NCBI RefSeq assembly: GCF_036321535.1
Contig: NC_087447.1
Coordinates: 38,690,001 to 38,754,000, forward strand
DNA: 64,000 nt
Reading direction: 5' to 3'
DNA from: Camelus dromedarius
Lineage: Eukaryota
The notes under the pieces are model-generated. The model ran no database searches. It had not been told where the DNA came from and saw nothing but the letters and a program-made list of their open reading frames with translations. A program made the translations under genes and the position numbers. Numbering within the stretch: position 1 is the first letter of the stretch; each line of letters begins with the position of its first letter. Positions 23,977 through 36,400 of this stretch are shown piece after piece.

Positions 23977-26900
23977 TCAGCCTTCTTAGATCATTATGCT
24001 TAAAGCTCCCCTTTCTCTTAAACCCACAGCATTGGCAAATAGGCTTTAACTTTCTTTCTCCTCCACAAAACACTCAAGGAAGAAAACACCCCTCCAGTTT
24101 GGGAGTCATTGCTGTGTGGGTTTCAGCAAGTAAATAACCTCTCTGAATCTTTCTTCCTCTCTAAAATATTCATGACACTTTTCTCAGATACAGTTTGTGA
24201 AGATCAGAGTTACAGGAGATAGGGTACTCAGGGCAGCACCTGTCATACAGTGGGCGCTCAATAAATGCCGGCTGTTAAGAGCAGTATGGTGACGAACACA
24301 GCAGGAAACCGGGAAACTATTAACACATCCTCTAGGGGGTGTGCTTGACCTGAATGGAGCCTAGGTCTGTAAACAAAGAGCTTTTTAGATTGTTGACACG
24401 TCTTGATACTTCAGAATTGTTTCTAACAATCTACCTTTCCTGAGAAGTGTACTGGGCTGCACTTAAAATTTAATCAGGTGAGCTAGATTTCCCCCAGTTG
24501 GGTGAACTGGTGGCTCAAGAGGCAGTGTATTAAATAGTAGCCATATGGCATGAACACAATTCAAGCAGCTTCCAGAACTATACTCAAGCTGCGTCTACCC
24601 CAGGAAAATCCTACACACTATCCAAGCAACACAGCAAATGGGACTTCTGGCAACTGCAGCGACAAACCCATCAGTGAGTCAGAGAGTTGGAGGAAACAAT
24701 TGTCACAAAGCCCCTTAATTCCCCCCCCCCTTTTTCCCCCCAAAAGAATGGCCAAATTGGGTTAATTTGCAAGTCTTACTAAGAGAGTCGCTCTAAAATG
24801 ATTAATTATCACTCCTTTACTAATACAGTCAGATTTTTTGTTTAATTCCAAAATCTCATACTAGGATAAAAGCTGGCCAAATGGAAGTAGAGTGAAGTGG
24901 GCTTTGTTTTCCCAGTCTTTGTGCCCCACCTCCCCAGCCCCCCAGGGACCTTAGTGATAAAACAGACAAGGCTACAGAGGGAGTTTGGAGAACAAGACGC
25001 AAAAGGACTACCTATTTGAGAACCCGCATAATCAGCCTAAGAATTAGCAGAAGCTGTTAGTTAGCATGGGCCTTCTGGGACCGTCTGGATGTGTATTCCC
25101 AGCCTGCAACCTACACTGAAGGAGAAGCAAAAACCTAGGTTCAGGCTGGAGCAAACTGATTTAGCAACATGTGTGAAATTACACGTGGAGGATGGGGTTG
25201 CTGTTAGAAACAGACCCACGGGGAAAAGATGTGAGAAGTATTGGATACAGTCATTGGGGACCATTTTGTGCAGGGATAAGCCATGCCTCTCCAAAAAGGC
25301 AAGATACACAAATAGACAGATTTAATATTTAATAAGTATAGAAGAGGATATAAAATTTAGCCACCCTTCTTTTTGACACACATTCATTAATTACCAATAA
25401 TTAATTTTTGTCCTGGGCCCTGGCAATTCCAAGATGATTAAAATATGCTTTGCCCTCAAGGGGCTTACAGTTTAGAAGACTAAGGCAAAAAGTTGCAAAT
25501 AAAAGGCAAATTCACCCAAGCCAAGGTCAGTGGAAGCCTCAGGAGGGCTTGGCTTCCACAGGGTGGGGCCGGGGTTGAGGAGTGGGGCCAGGACTGGCTT
25601 TACAGAGGAAAAGACCCTGAGCCAAGTCTCAAAAAAGGAGTAAGCATTTGCCAGGCCAACAGACACACTGGTTAATCCTTGTTCCTGCTTTGAAGGCTGT
25701 AGCTTTTGGAGGATGCATGTATGGAGAAAAGCCTCTTTCCCAAGATAAATGTGGTCTGCATGTCTTTGCAGTGAGAACGGGTTTGGCACAACTAAGTTGT
25801 TCTATAAGGGAGCAGGTGTGTTAGTCTGGTTCTTAAATAAACTTCATCAGGATCAAAAGCTGACCCCCATTTGGGGTCACAGGAAACACCTCTGTGAAGC
25901 GGTGTTCACTTCCCCATCTGTGTCACGTGGCCCTGAGTGAGATGCCAGGGCAAGTGAAAGCGCCTGTCAGGAGGGCTGGTAATCCCAGGCTGCAGTCACT
26001 GTGGGCACCAGAGGGCTTTGCGGCAAAGAGTTAGCAGGTGCAGGAGCTGGGAGCGCTGAGCCTTGGGCCTCCAGAAGGCTGACCAGTAAGCCCCGCGTCA
26101 TCCGTTCATCTACTGTTTACAGCCAGACTCTCCTAAGCACTTTGCACACACTGCACTGCTGCCTCACACCTCACGCCCTCAGTACAGTCAAATGCTCTCT
26201 CTCCTGAGCTTCTTGAGCTGAATTCAAACCTGCACAGAGGAGCAGAGGGGACTGGGATCTGCTCTGGGGCTGCCAGTGCACAGCATGTTCAGTGCTCTGG
26301 ACTGGAGTCACATTCTGTGCATAACATTTTGGTCCTGGTCCGCCCTGTTCACCCACAAGAATGTGGAGAATGTAACTGACCTTAAGGGCTTCTCGTTAAA
26401 GAGAAAAAAAGTGGTTTGTTACAAGGGACATTAGGATTTCTTAAAGCCTGGACCCTCTCATCAAGACACTTACCAAGGACATTCTGCTTCCCCCTGGCTG
26501 GAGGCTGCTTTCATCTGCAGTAGATTGAAATGCCAAAAGATGACAAGGCCCAGGTAGGCTAGAGCTAGGTGAGACGACTGTGGTTTAGCAGAAAGAGCAC
26601 AGTAGGAGATAAATCCAACTTAATATTGCAGCTAGAAAAGAAAGAGCATCACACCTGGCTTACCTGCCTCAGAGAGTTTGGGGAGCTGTGAACTGATGCA
26701 AGGTAATCTACTGAGAAACAGGTCTGAATTGAGAATAGTGTGATCGTGTCTCCCCACACATGTGCTCACATGCACACCCATGCACACGCACATGTGCACA
26801 CACTCACATAAGTTACTTGCCTGGCCTATGTCAGTAGGAGCTTTCCTCTTCTCAGAAAACCTAAACCTTCCACGTTCTCCACAAACCCCCATCCTCCCCC

Positions 26901-27129
26901 TCATCCTCCTTCACCTGTACCTGTGCTCACCTTCTGTTTCAGGTCCTTTTTATCATCTTCCCCTCTTCCATCTCCACACTTATCTCTGTCCCCATCCATC
27001 TATCACATCTGTGCCTCTTCCTTTCTAAAATAAGCTCCCATTAATGTCCTTAATCTTAGGCCCCTCTCATCTCCAGATGCTAATCCTCTTGTATCTCCAA
27101 TCTTTCCTGTCTACCACACTTTCACCAAC

Positions 27130-27900
27130 TGCCTAAGTCTAAACAGCCAGCCTGAACTCTGACTTGAGCTCCCAGTCCAAATTTCCAACTGACAGCGAAT
27201 CTCTCCAACTAAATTACAAGCTGGGCCCTTCAACATGTCCAAAATGGAATGGTGACCTTTACACTGAACCCACTCCTCTTCCCATATCAGATCTCAGCCC
27301 CGATATTATTCCATTATCCATTCATTTATTTCTGCTATACATCTGTGTGTCAGACAACAGCTAAGCAGTAGGAATATAATGGCCCTCATCCTCATCTGAT
27401 GGGAAAGATGGACATCAGTCAGTCATCAAACACAAACACAATTATAGCTGGGGAATTCTCTATAAAAGGATGATGTAACTGGGACGAGAACATAAGAGCC
27501 CATAAAGGTGCCAAGGAAAGCTTTTCCAAGGAAGCAACTTGCAACATATATACTGAAATCTGAAGACTGAGTAGGTGTTAGGTAGGAAAATACAGGTTGA
27601 ACATTCCAAACAGTGAAAAACATTCATGTGCAAAGGCCCTGGGGCAGGAGGAAATATGGAGTATTTCCAGAAGACCAGTGCATCTAGAGCTCAAGGAGCA
27701 AGGGGGAGACGAAAAGTGGGGGCCAGACCTTGCTGGGCCTTATAGGCTGCTAAGGAATTTCATCATCTTCTTGAAATTAGGAATAAATTGACTACCTTCA
27801 ACAAACATTTATTGAGCACGTACTAAGTACCCGGCACTTTTCCAGATGCTGGGGACACAGGGAGTACAGCAGATAACGAAACAAAGTCCTGACCCTGTGG
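27130..27900. mobile_element. LINE-2 fragments
   Basis: ttcaacaaacatttattgagcac...ccggcactttt, gtgcaaaggccctgggg and cttcaacatgtccaaaatggaa are L2 3'-region motifs. Confidence 0.6.
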
Positions 27901-28616
27901 CACTCTCATGTTGGTCATACAGGCCACTGAAGGGTGCTGGGCAGAATCACTGAGGTGGCAGAAGTGGGTGCGAGGAGATCACTATGGTTGTCCAGGGGTA
28001 CGTGACAACTAACTGGGCTGAGGCTGAGCTGAGAAGCAAAGAAACTGGTGAATCAGATACTTAGTAAGTACAACCGATACGACTTTGTGATGGACTGGTG
28101 GGCGTAGAGTTTTTGTTTATTGTGAGGCTTTTTGTTATTATTTTAAGAGGAGAGATTCAGGAAGGAAGAATCATAAAACTTGAGCTGAAGGAAGGATCTA
28201 ATTGAGAGGAAACAACTAACTCTGCAAAAGGAAGAAGTTATTGGGCATTTAGGGTTCCTGAAAAGGCAGACAAGGATGGTACCCAGAGCCCAAGTAGAGA
28301 ATATGGCCTTAGGAGGATGGACGGTTCCTTCACTGTTTTAGTAGGAGGGATGGGGAGGAAAGATGCAAGTAGATTTCTTAACTTGGTACCAACAAGTTAA
28401 GGAGTTCTGTCCAGGAATTTCCTTTTTTTTTTTTTAATTCCTATAGAGCAAGAGACAAGGTTATCTGAAAAAAGTGATGTGGAAAAAGGTAGAGAAAGGT
28501 GAGGAATTAGAGGAAATCGGTAGAGAGATGTGGGAAAGAGAACCTTCCAGAATAATTCAGTCAGATTGCCAGGCAGGTTGAGGGCCCTCCAAGGTGAATG
28601 TTTCTGAGGGGATGCA

Positions 28617-29100
28617 TATGGTAGGCAGAAAAATTCACACACACCCACCCTTGCCTCCAAAATGTATTTACTTCCTAAACATGGAATTTTTGACTATAAA
28701 TAAGGCAAAATACATGACTAATTCAAGCATTTTAAGAAGAGGAGTTTATCCTGGACTATCTTGGTGGGCCCTAAATGCAATCATCTGTATCCTTAACAGA
28801 TAGAAGCAGAGGGAGTTTTGAAAGACAACACCAAGGAGAAGGTAGTGTGAAGACAGAGGCGACGGCTAGAGTGATGTGGCCACAAGACAAGACTTGGGGC
28901 AGCTGCTAGAACCTGGAAGAGGTGAGGAAGAGATTCTCCCCCAGAGCCTCTGGATGGAGTACGGTCCTGTTAACACCTTGATTTTGACCCAGTAAAACTT
29001 ATTTTGAAATTCTGGACTCCAGAACTGTGAAAGAATAAACTTCTGTTATTTCAAGCCACCAAGTCTGTAGTTGTGACAGCAGTCCTAGGAAACTAATACC
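28617..29100 (+). mobile_element. MaLR solo LTR (MLT1B/C-like)
   Basis: Start tatggtaggcagaa; ggccctaaatgcaatca; gattctcccccagagcctc; ccagaactgtgaaagAATAAActtctgtt; end taggaaactaatac. Confidence 0.9.
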
Positions 29101-29595
29101 ATGTCAGTCTATCCATCTGTCCTTGCTCCACAGTTGGCTCAGCTGCAAGCACAAGTCATTCAGGGTTGGAGGCTTGCCAGTTCGGTATTAAGAAAAATGA
29201 TAAGGAAATTCTGGGCTACGGCAGGAGTGTTAATGAGATGATGAGTTTAGATGAGAAGTGAAACTGAGCAGGACACTGCGGGGCCCTCCCAGGCAGGAAA
29301 GCTCCTCCATGTCCCCTGTTTCTTGTTTGCAGAAAAAGGCTTTAGTTCCTTAGGCAAGAGTAGAACAGGGATTGAAATCCTCACTAATTTGAAAAGCCAC
29401 AGTCTTATTTTATCCTCTATTTCAGCTGAGATGTAGATGATGGATGTGGGCAACAAGTGTTTAACTGAAGCATAAATGGGCATCATTACCATGAGATGGC
29501 ACTTACATCTCATAGCACTGGATGAGCCTAACTGAGAGTGTACAAAAGGGCAAAAAAGGTCACAGGACTGAGTTTGGAGAGTGCGACATTTAGGG

Positions 29596-29716
29596 CAGTG
29601 GATCTCATGAAGGGTGATTATGTCCCTCAGGGGACATTTGACAATGTCTGGTTGTCGTGACTGGTTGGGGAGGGGGTGCTACAAGCCCCTGGTGGGTGGA
29701 GGCCAGGGATGCTGCT
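29596..29716 (+). mobile_element. MER20 (hAT-Charlie), 5' part
   Basis: cagtgg.tctca...tccctcaggggacatttgacaatgtctgg...ggtggaggccagggatgctgct. Confidence 0.75.
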
Positions 29717-30236
29717 CTCCAGTCTGGGGGCGAGGAAGGACATTTGCCTTGTGAGCTCAGTTCACTGATAGATCTAATTAGAGTTGTTGATTTTCAGATT
29801 TTCAATTTTTTCTTGTGAAGACAGGACCGATGCCTTCCAGGCTCTTGACACGTCATAGCAGAAAATGGACATCCTTATCTAATCTTTACAACTCCTTGGA
29901 TTAGTATTATTCCAAGTTGACAGGCAAGGTTAAATTAAGCAGCCCAAGCTTATGCAGTCAGTGAGAGGTGGAGTGGCCACTAAACTGACCAAACTAAACT
30001 GGGATGCAGGCAAAGTCCTATACTAGGATCCAGAGAGACAGCTGCACAAGTGCAGGCTGCTTTAGAAAGAGGCCAGGAGGTGTGGTGTGCGGGGGCCTGT
30101 GTTCTTACGTGCCTACACGTGAGGAAGCCCAGGGATGTCAGCTGACTTTGGGAAGGAAAGGAGCTGACAGTGGAGGCCAGAATCCTTGCCTGTACCCTGA
30201 GTCAGTGTCATTTCATTGTCAAAACGAAGGTTTTAC

Positions 30237-30535
30237 AGAAAAGAAACTGACTCACAGGTGTAGAGAAGGAACTAGGGGTTACCAGTGGCAAGAGGGAAGC
30301 AGGAGGGGCAAGATGGAGGTGGAGGATTAAGCGGTACAAACTACCAGGTATAAAATAAGCTACACGGATATATTGTGCAACATGGGGAATACAGCCAGTA
30401 TTCTGTAATAACTATAAACGGAGTATAACCTTTAAAAATTGTGAATTACTGTATTGTATACTTGTAACATACAATATTGTACATCAACTATACTTCAATT
30501 TAAAAAATATATTGTAAAAACACAAATCTTTTTTA
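30237..30535 (+). mobile_element. LINE-1 3' end
   Basis: gtacaaactaccaggtataaaataagctac...catcaactatacttcaatttaaaaaa; degenerate TSD aaaacgaaggtttt / aaaatgaagatttt. Confidence 0.85.
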
Positions 30536-33500
30536 AAAATGAAGATTTTTAGGGCTGAACTCAAAAAGGCACAGCTAAGAAATTGACAGCTTGTTATTAA
30601 TTATTTATTTAATAATTGATTGATATGTGCCAGATCTCTGATAGTGCTGGACAGACACAGTGCTGAACAAAGCAACGTCCCTACCCTTGTGGAGTTGACC
30701 CTGCAATGAGGGAAAATAGCTCATACACCAGCAAGCCCACATCAACCATGTCAGGTGGTGATCAGTCAGATGGAGAACAGAAAGAGGGTAAATGGGATTA
30801 AGAGTGTTGGGGTTTCTGTTTTACAAAATATGGTCAGAAATGGACTCCTTGACAAGAGTGACTTTTGAGCAGGAACCTGAAAGAAGGGAGGCGGCGGGAG
30901 TTATGGATACCTGGGGAAAGAGCACCCTGGGCAGAGGGCAGAGGAAACACACAGTCCTCGCATCATGCACTGCTGACTTAGCTGACGACACAGGCTGTGA
31001 GGACAGTGATTCACTATATTGGATGAAAGATACCAAATCTGAAGAATCTTGAAATGCTGGAGAGCTGGACCATGCTGAATAATCAACTAATCAGGACAAA
31101 AATCTAAGGTCTTGATCTTGATTACAAGGAGGTAACTGCACAAGAATGGGATGTGTAGGTCGGGGTTTAGTGACCACATGGTAAATGGATGGGAACTTTT
31201 CCAGCCAACACCTTGGCCTCCCCAAAATGAAGGACTAGGGGACATCAGCTGGGGGTCAACTGGAGGGACAGTTTTGTGTCCAAGGGGAGGAACCAAGACA
31301 AAGTAACTTGGTAAAAAGTTACACATTCTCTCTAGAAGCTCTGAGCCAGACTCCTACTCAAATTCCTACTTGATTAACTGTGATAAAAAGTGATATAATA
31401 ATATATATCAAGAGCCAAAAAACTATTCGTTACAGAACCTGGGGTCTCTATCCCATGGCAATGATCTAAAATATAGAAACACAATGTCTGTTTTGTCACA
31501 GCTATAGTCTCACAGACTACAACATGCCTTGTACATAGTAGACTTAGTAACTATTTGTTGAAAATAAATGAAAAGCTTTTCTTTATAAAAATTATTTATA
31601 ATATTAATTTGCCTAAATATTCCATAATAGGCTATTGCTTAAGTAAACTATGATCCATTCGTTCATTGGATTTAACTCCAAAACCAAACTGAACTTAAAT
31701 TTAAACTTAAAAGGCAAACAGATGGCTTATGTGTTTGTAAAACCAGAATTAAGATCTATCCTATAACGTAGTTAGATCTGAAATGGACAGTCATCACTCT
31801 CATTCTAAAGATAAGGGGCTTACAAAGCCACATTGTGACTTTTTGACCTTTTTAAGCTACATGATATGTATGTGATAAAAATGCTTTGGGTAATAAATGT
31901 TACCTATTATCTGCTGAACAATTCTGTCATGTGTTGGCAAATGATTTCCAGAGCTTTAGAAAAATAGATGTGGAAACAATGCTAGTTCCAATGAAAGAAA
32001 GCAGGAGACCAATGAATGCCAGCAAACAAGCGGGTAGGACCAGAAATTCCGGCAGCGGTCATCCGTCAATTTGGAAAACATTTATCAACTGGACGGTGTG
32101 CCAAGCCTTGGTGAGGCCGTGGGAATAGAGAGATGGCTGCCGCCCAGACTTCTGCCTCTTTGCAGAATCTTGCAGGGAAACAGGGATTTAACACATCAGG
32201 GCTACACAGTGTGTGAAGAACTAGAATGTAGCAAGTGTTTGAGGGCTGGGGTAGGGGGCAGGGACAGAGATTCTAAATGGGATAAAAGCAGGACGTGAAC
32301 ATGAGGAAACAGGAGATGGCGTGTGAACGGCTGAGGTCTGGATGAGGGTCTGTGAGCTGATGAAACGGGTGTGATCCCTGACGACCTAGAAAGGCTTTTA
32401 GAAGGTCAAATAGTCACTTTCTGTCTGTCTCTCCCGCACATCTGCCCCTGGAGCTACAAGAGATGCTGAATGGAGAAAAAGGCACAGACTGCAGATGTTT
32501 TAATCCCTGCTCACTGTCATTCACTGGCTCTGTGCCTTCTGTCATATTTCTAATTCAGTGTTACCTTCCCCAGAAGATGGTGATGATAACAGTGGCTACC
32601 CCATGGGATGGGTCTGAGACTGACAGGAAATTAATATTTATTTATTGTTGTGACAAATATTTACTGAGCGCCTGTTGTGTGGCAGACCTGCACCAAGCAC
32701 TGGTTGTGCAGTCATGAAAGAACAGACAGTCCCTGTTCTGGTGGAACGTACAGCCTGGAGGGAAAGAATGAACATAAATAGAGCATGTAGACCCGTTAGT
32801 ACCCAGAGGTGATAGTCGCGGTTTCCTCCATCTGTCCATTCCCTGGGGTGTAGAGGCTTGGTCAAGATCTAATCTGAACCCCGTTTTCTGTGAAGCGGCT
32901 GTGTGGGAGAAGGTCACAGAGCCAGTAATGGAGCCCAGCCAAACATCTAGCACCCACATGGGACAGAGTTTTGTTTTTATTTACTAGGTATCCTGTATCC
33001 ACTAAAAATTTTCATTTTCCTTTATAGCCTTCCCAATCATATTCCAGTGAAGATAGAAAGAATTAAAGCAGCCTGGCTCTTCCCTCACTTGGTAGAGCTG
33101 GACAGACAGCTGGTGAGCTGCACCTAAGATGAGATGTCTTATTTACAACTATAGAGAGATGGGGTTTGTGATTCGCTGGACACAGATATGTGGAAAAGGC
33201 ACCCTGGCTGCTAGCTCAGAAGGAAGAGATGCTGACGAAGGGTCAGTCCATCATGTCCAGGCACTATGTTGGCATTTTACATAAATTATCTCATCTGATA
33301 CTCAAAACAATCTTTATCATGTCTACTTTAGAGATGAAAAGACCTAAGGTTCAGAGAAGTGAAGTGAGTTCTTCACTTAGCTGGTAGAGGCAGAATTTGA
33401 GCCCGGGTCTGCTAACTCAAAACCTATGTTCTCTCCAGACGCCCACTGAACATTCTAAATAGAAAAGCTAAGCTGGAATTGGAAGAATAATGAGATACAT

Positions 33501-34042
33501 GGTCCTTTTTAGGAGGAAGATCAGCCTAAAAATAGTAATGCTTTCTACTGTCATAATAAACTGTGTGCCCACCACTGACACTGTCAAGTTCTACATGACC
33601 ACCTCAAGAAAGAGAGGAGATAATATACACGTATGTGTGTGTTTATATACACTTAAAATCTGGAAGGAAATATACCAATGATAATGATGATTATCTCTGG
33701 ACTATAAGGTAACAAATTTTATTTCTTCTCTATCCTTCTCTGTATTTATCCTTTTCTGTATTTTTCATCACAAAACAAGGGGTGTGTCCTATTAAGAGGA
33801 ATGATGTTCAAGTCCTGATCAGGCATCTGGTTCCCAGACTCAGGGCTCGCCTGCTTGGAAAGAAACTTTTCGTCCTTTTTGGTAGCAGGCAGCAGAGACC
33901 AGGGCTGTGGCAGCTTGAGGACCCAGTGTCCATCTCAGGCACTCATGTGCCACGCTGCTTCTCACTCTTCTTACAAGTGATTTTAAAAAGCAATTAAAAA
34001 AAGAAAACTGAGTGTTGAACAATAGGTACTGATGTTGCTTTT

Positions 34043-34151
34043 AATCTAGTTTAGTACTCCTTTTTTTTTTTTCAGTGGAGGTACCAGGGATTGAACCCAG
34101 GATCTCATGCATGCTAAGCATATGCTCTACCACTGAGCTATACCCACTCCA
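34043..34151 (-). mobile_element. tRNA-Ala-derived SINE
   Basis: ggattgaacccaggatctcatgcatgctaagcatatgctctaccactgagctatac; 11-bp TSD atgttgctttt at 34032-34042 and 34152-34162. Confidence 0.92.
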
Positions 34152-34482
34152 ATGTTGCTTTTTGATGGTTCTTTTAGGATCACAGCTCACAGAGGCATTT
34201 TACAGCAAGTGGGTTCCTAAAGGGAAGAAGCCAGCATGGCATGTCATCTACTCCCTGGTTTGTTTGGTCATTCATTTATTCCTTCCTTCATTTGTCTAAA
34301 AAACTATTTACTGCGCCTCACTGGGCTCTATGCACTGGTCAAAATAGATTAAAACATTGAAATAGAGCAAATTTTAAAATAGAGGAAAGAGTAGAGTGCT
34401 TTTCACACAAACCCTATATCTTCACCCCTCTTCCACCTGCAAACTTCAACCACCCAAAGAGATAACTCGAATATTATTGTCT

Positions 34483-35382
34483 TAAGAAGACACACAGATG
34501 ACCAACAAGCACAGGAAAAGATGCTCAACACTGCTTATTAGAGAAATGCAAATCAAAACTACAATGAGATACCACCTCACACTAGTCAGAATGGCCATTA
34601 TCAAAAAGTCTACAAATAATAAATGCTGGAGAGGGTGTCGAGAAAAGAGAACCCGCCTACACTGTTGGTGGTAATGTAAACTGGTGCAGCCATTATGGAA
34701 AACAGTCTGGAGGTTTCTTTAAAAACTAAAAATAGAACTACCACATCATCCAGCAATCCCACTCCTGGGCATATATCCAGAAAAGATAAAAACTCCAATT
34801 GGAAAAGATACATGCACCCCAATGTTCAAAGCAGCACTATTTACAATAGCCAAGACAGGGAAGCAACCTAAGTGTCCATCGACGGATGACTAGATAAAGA
34901 AGATGTGATAAATATATACACAATGGAATACTACTCGCCACAAAAATGAATGAAATAATGCCATTCGCAGCAACATGGATGGACCTAGAGATTATCGTAC
35001 TAAGTGAAGTCAGTCAGATGGAGAAAGACATATTAAATGGTATCATTTATATGTGGAATCTAAAAAAGAAAAGATACAAATGAGCTTATTTACAAAAAAG
35101 AAATAGACTTACAGACATACAAAACAAACTACGGTTACCAAACGGGAAGCAGAGGGGAGGGATAAATTAGCAGTTTGGGATTAACAGATACACACTACTG
35201 TATATAAAACAAACAACAAGGACCTACTGTATAGCACAGGGACCTATATGCAGTATCTTGTAATAACCTATAATGGAAAAGAATCTGAGAAAGAATATAT
35301 ATGTATATATGTATTAACTTAATCACTTTGCTGTACACCTAAAACTAACACATTAAATCAACTATATTTCAATTTTTTAAAA
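34483..35382 (+). mobile_element. 5'-truncated LINE-1 (ORF2 end and 3' UTR)
   Basis: gaaatgcaaatcaaaactacaatgagatacca...gatacatgcaccccaatgttc...gacctactgtatagcacaggg...aaatcaactatatttcaatt; ORF2 broken by stops. Confidence 0.93.
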
Positions 35383-36079
35383 GTTGTCTCTCTAGAAATG
35401 TCTTTTCTCCCAAATCAGCACCCACTCCTCACTTCCTGCAAATGATTGCTTTCTTGTTTGCACACGTGCAGCAATTACAGCACTTAGTACGCTGCAATAC
35501 AATTCTTTCTATACAAGTCTATGTCACAGGTAGGAAAGTATAGCATCGCCCTAAAGAGAATAAACCACCCCAATACCATGGAAATAAATATCCAGGCCCT
35601 CCCATAACCCATTTTGTGCTCCCCCAGTGTACCTAGCCTACCAGGGTTGAGAAGTTCTGCTGCAGATCTTGACCTCCTAATACCAGGGACCAGGCCTTAA
35701 TGATTTATCTCAATATGCTCAGAGCCTAGTATGTTGCCTTTTCCACAGCTGGTAATTAGTGCTTTTACTTGTTCATCTCAGTGAATACTTACTGAGTGTC
35801 CACCATGTGCTGGCACATTGCTAGCTGACAGAAATACACTAGTGAACAAAATAGTATGGTTTTGCCTTATAATTTGGTGAGGCAGAGCAATATTAAACAA
35901 ATAACCCTACAAACAAATATATAATTAGAAGTGGTAATAATCACTGTGAAGGAAAAGTACAGAGTGCTATGAATGCTATGGAAATATTTGAATAAACAAA
36001 TGAAAGAAAACACTGTCTATTTTATACTGTAATCTCTATTACATTAGAAAGATATATTCTATAGAAAAGAGAACATTGT

Positions 36080-36400
36080 GGGCTCTCTCAGGATAGATTA
36101 AGAATCCCATGAGACAGTCTAAATCTCATGTTCATGCTCCTGTGGTGAGTCCTAAGACCTCATTAGTTTTCTGTGGTCCTATCTCACAAGTGACTCATTT
36201 TGAACTTACTGACAGGCAACTAAAATCCCTGAGATACTTTCGGTGTTGTATGTTTAATGTGCTGCCATAAATCCAAATCTCTCATCCTGTCCATGTGCAA
36301 TTGGTTATTTGGATCTAAGTAAGTGACTTTCTGGGCTCCTCCATTAGCTCTCATCTTGCTAGAGTTGGTCTATCAATTGGACCTGCCCAAACCCTGTCAT
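36080..36400 (-). mobile_element. CR1/L3 LINE fragment
   Basis: tcctgtccatgtgcaattggttatttggatctaagtaagtgacttt...ctcatcttgct resembles the reverse complement of the L3 RT region. Confidence 0.55.
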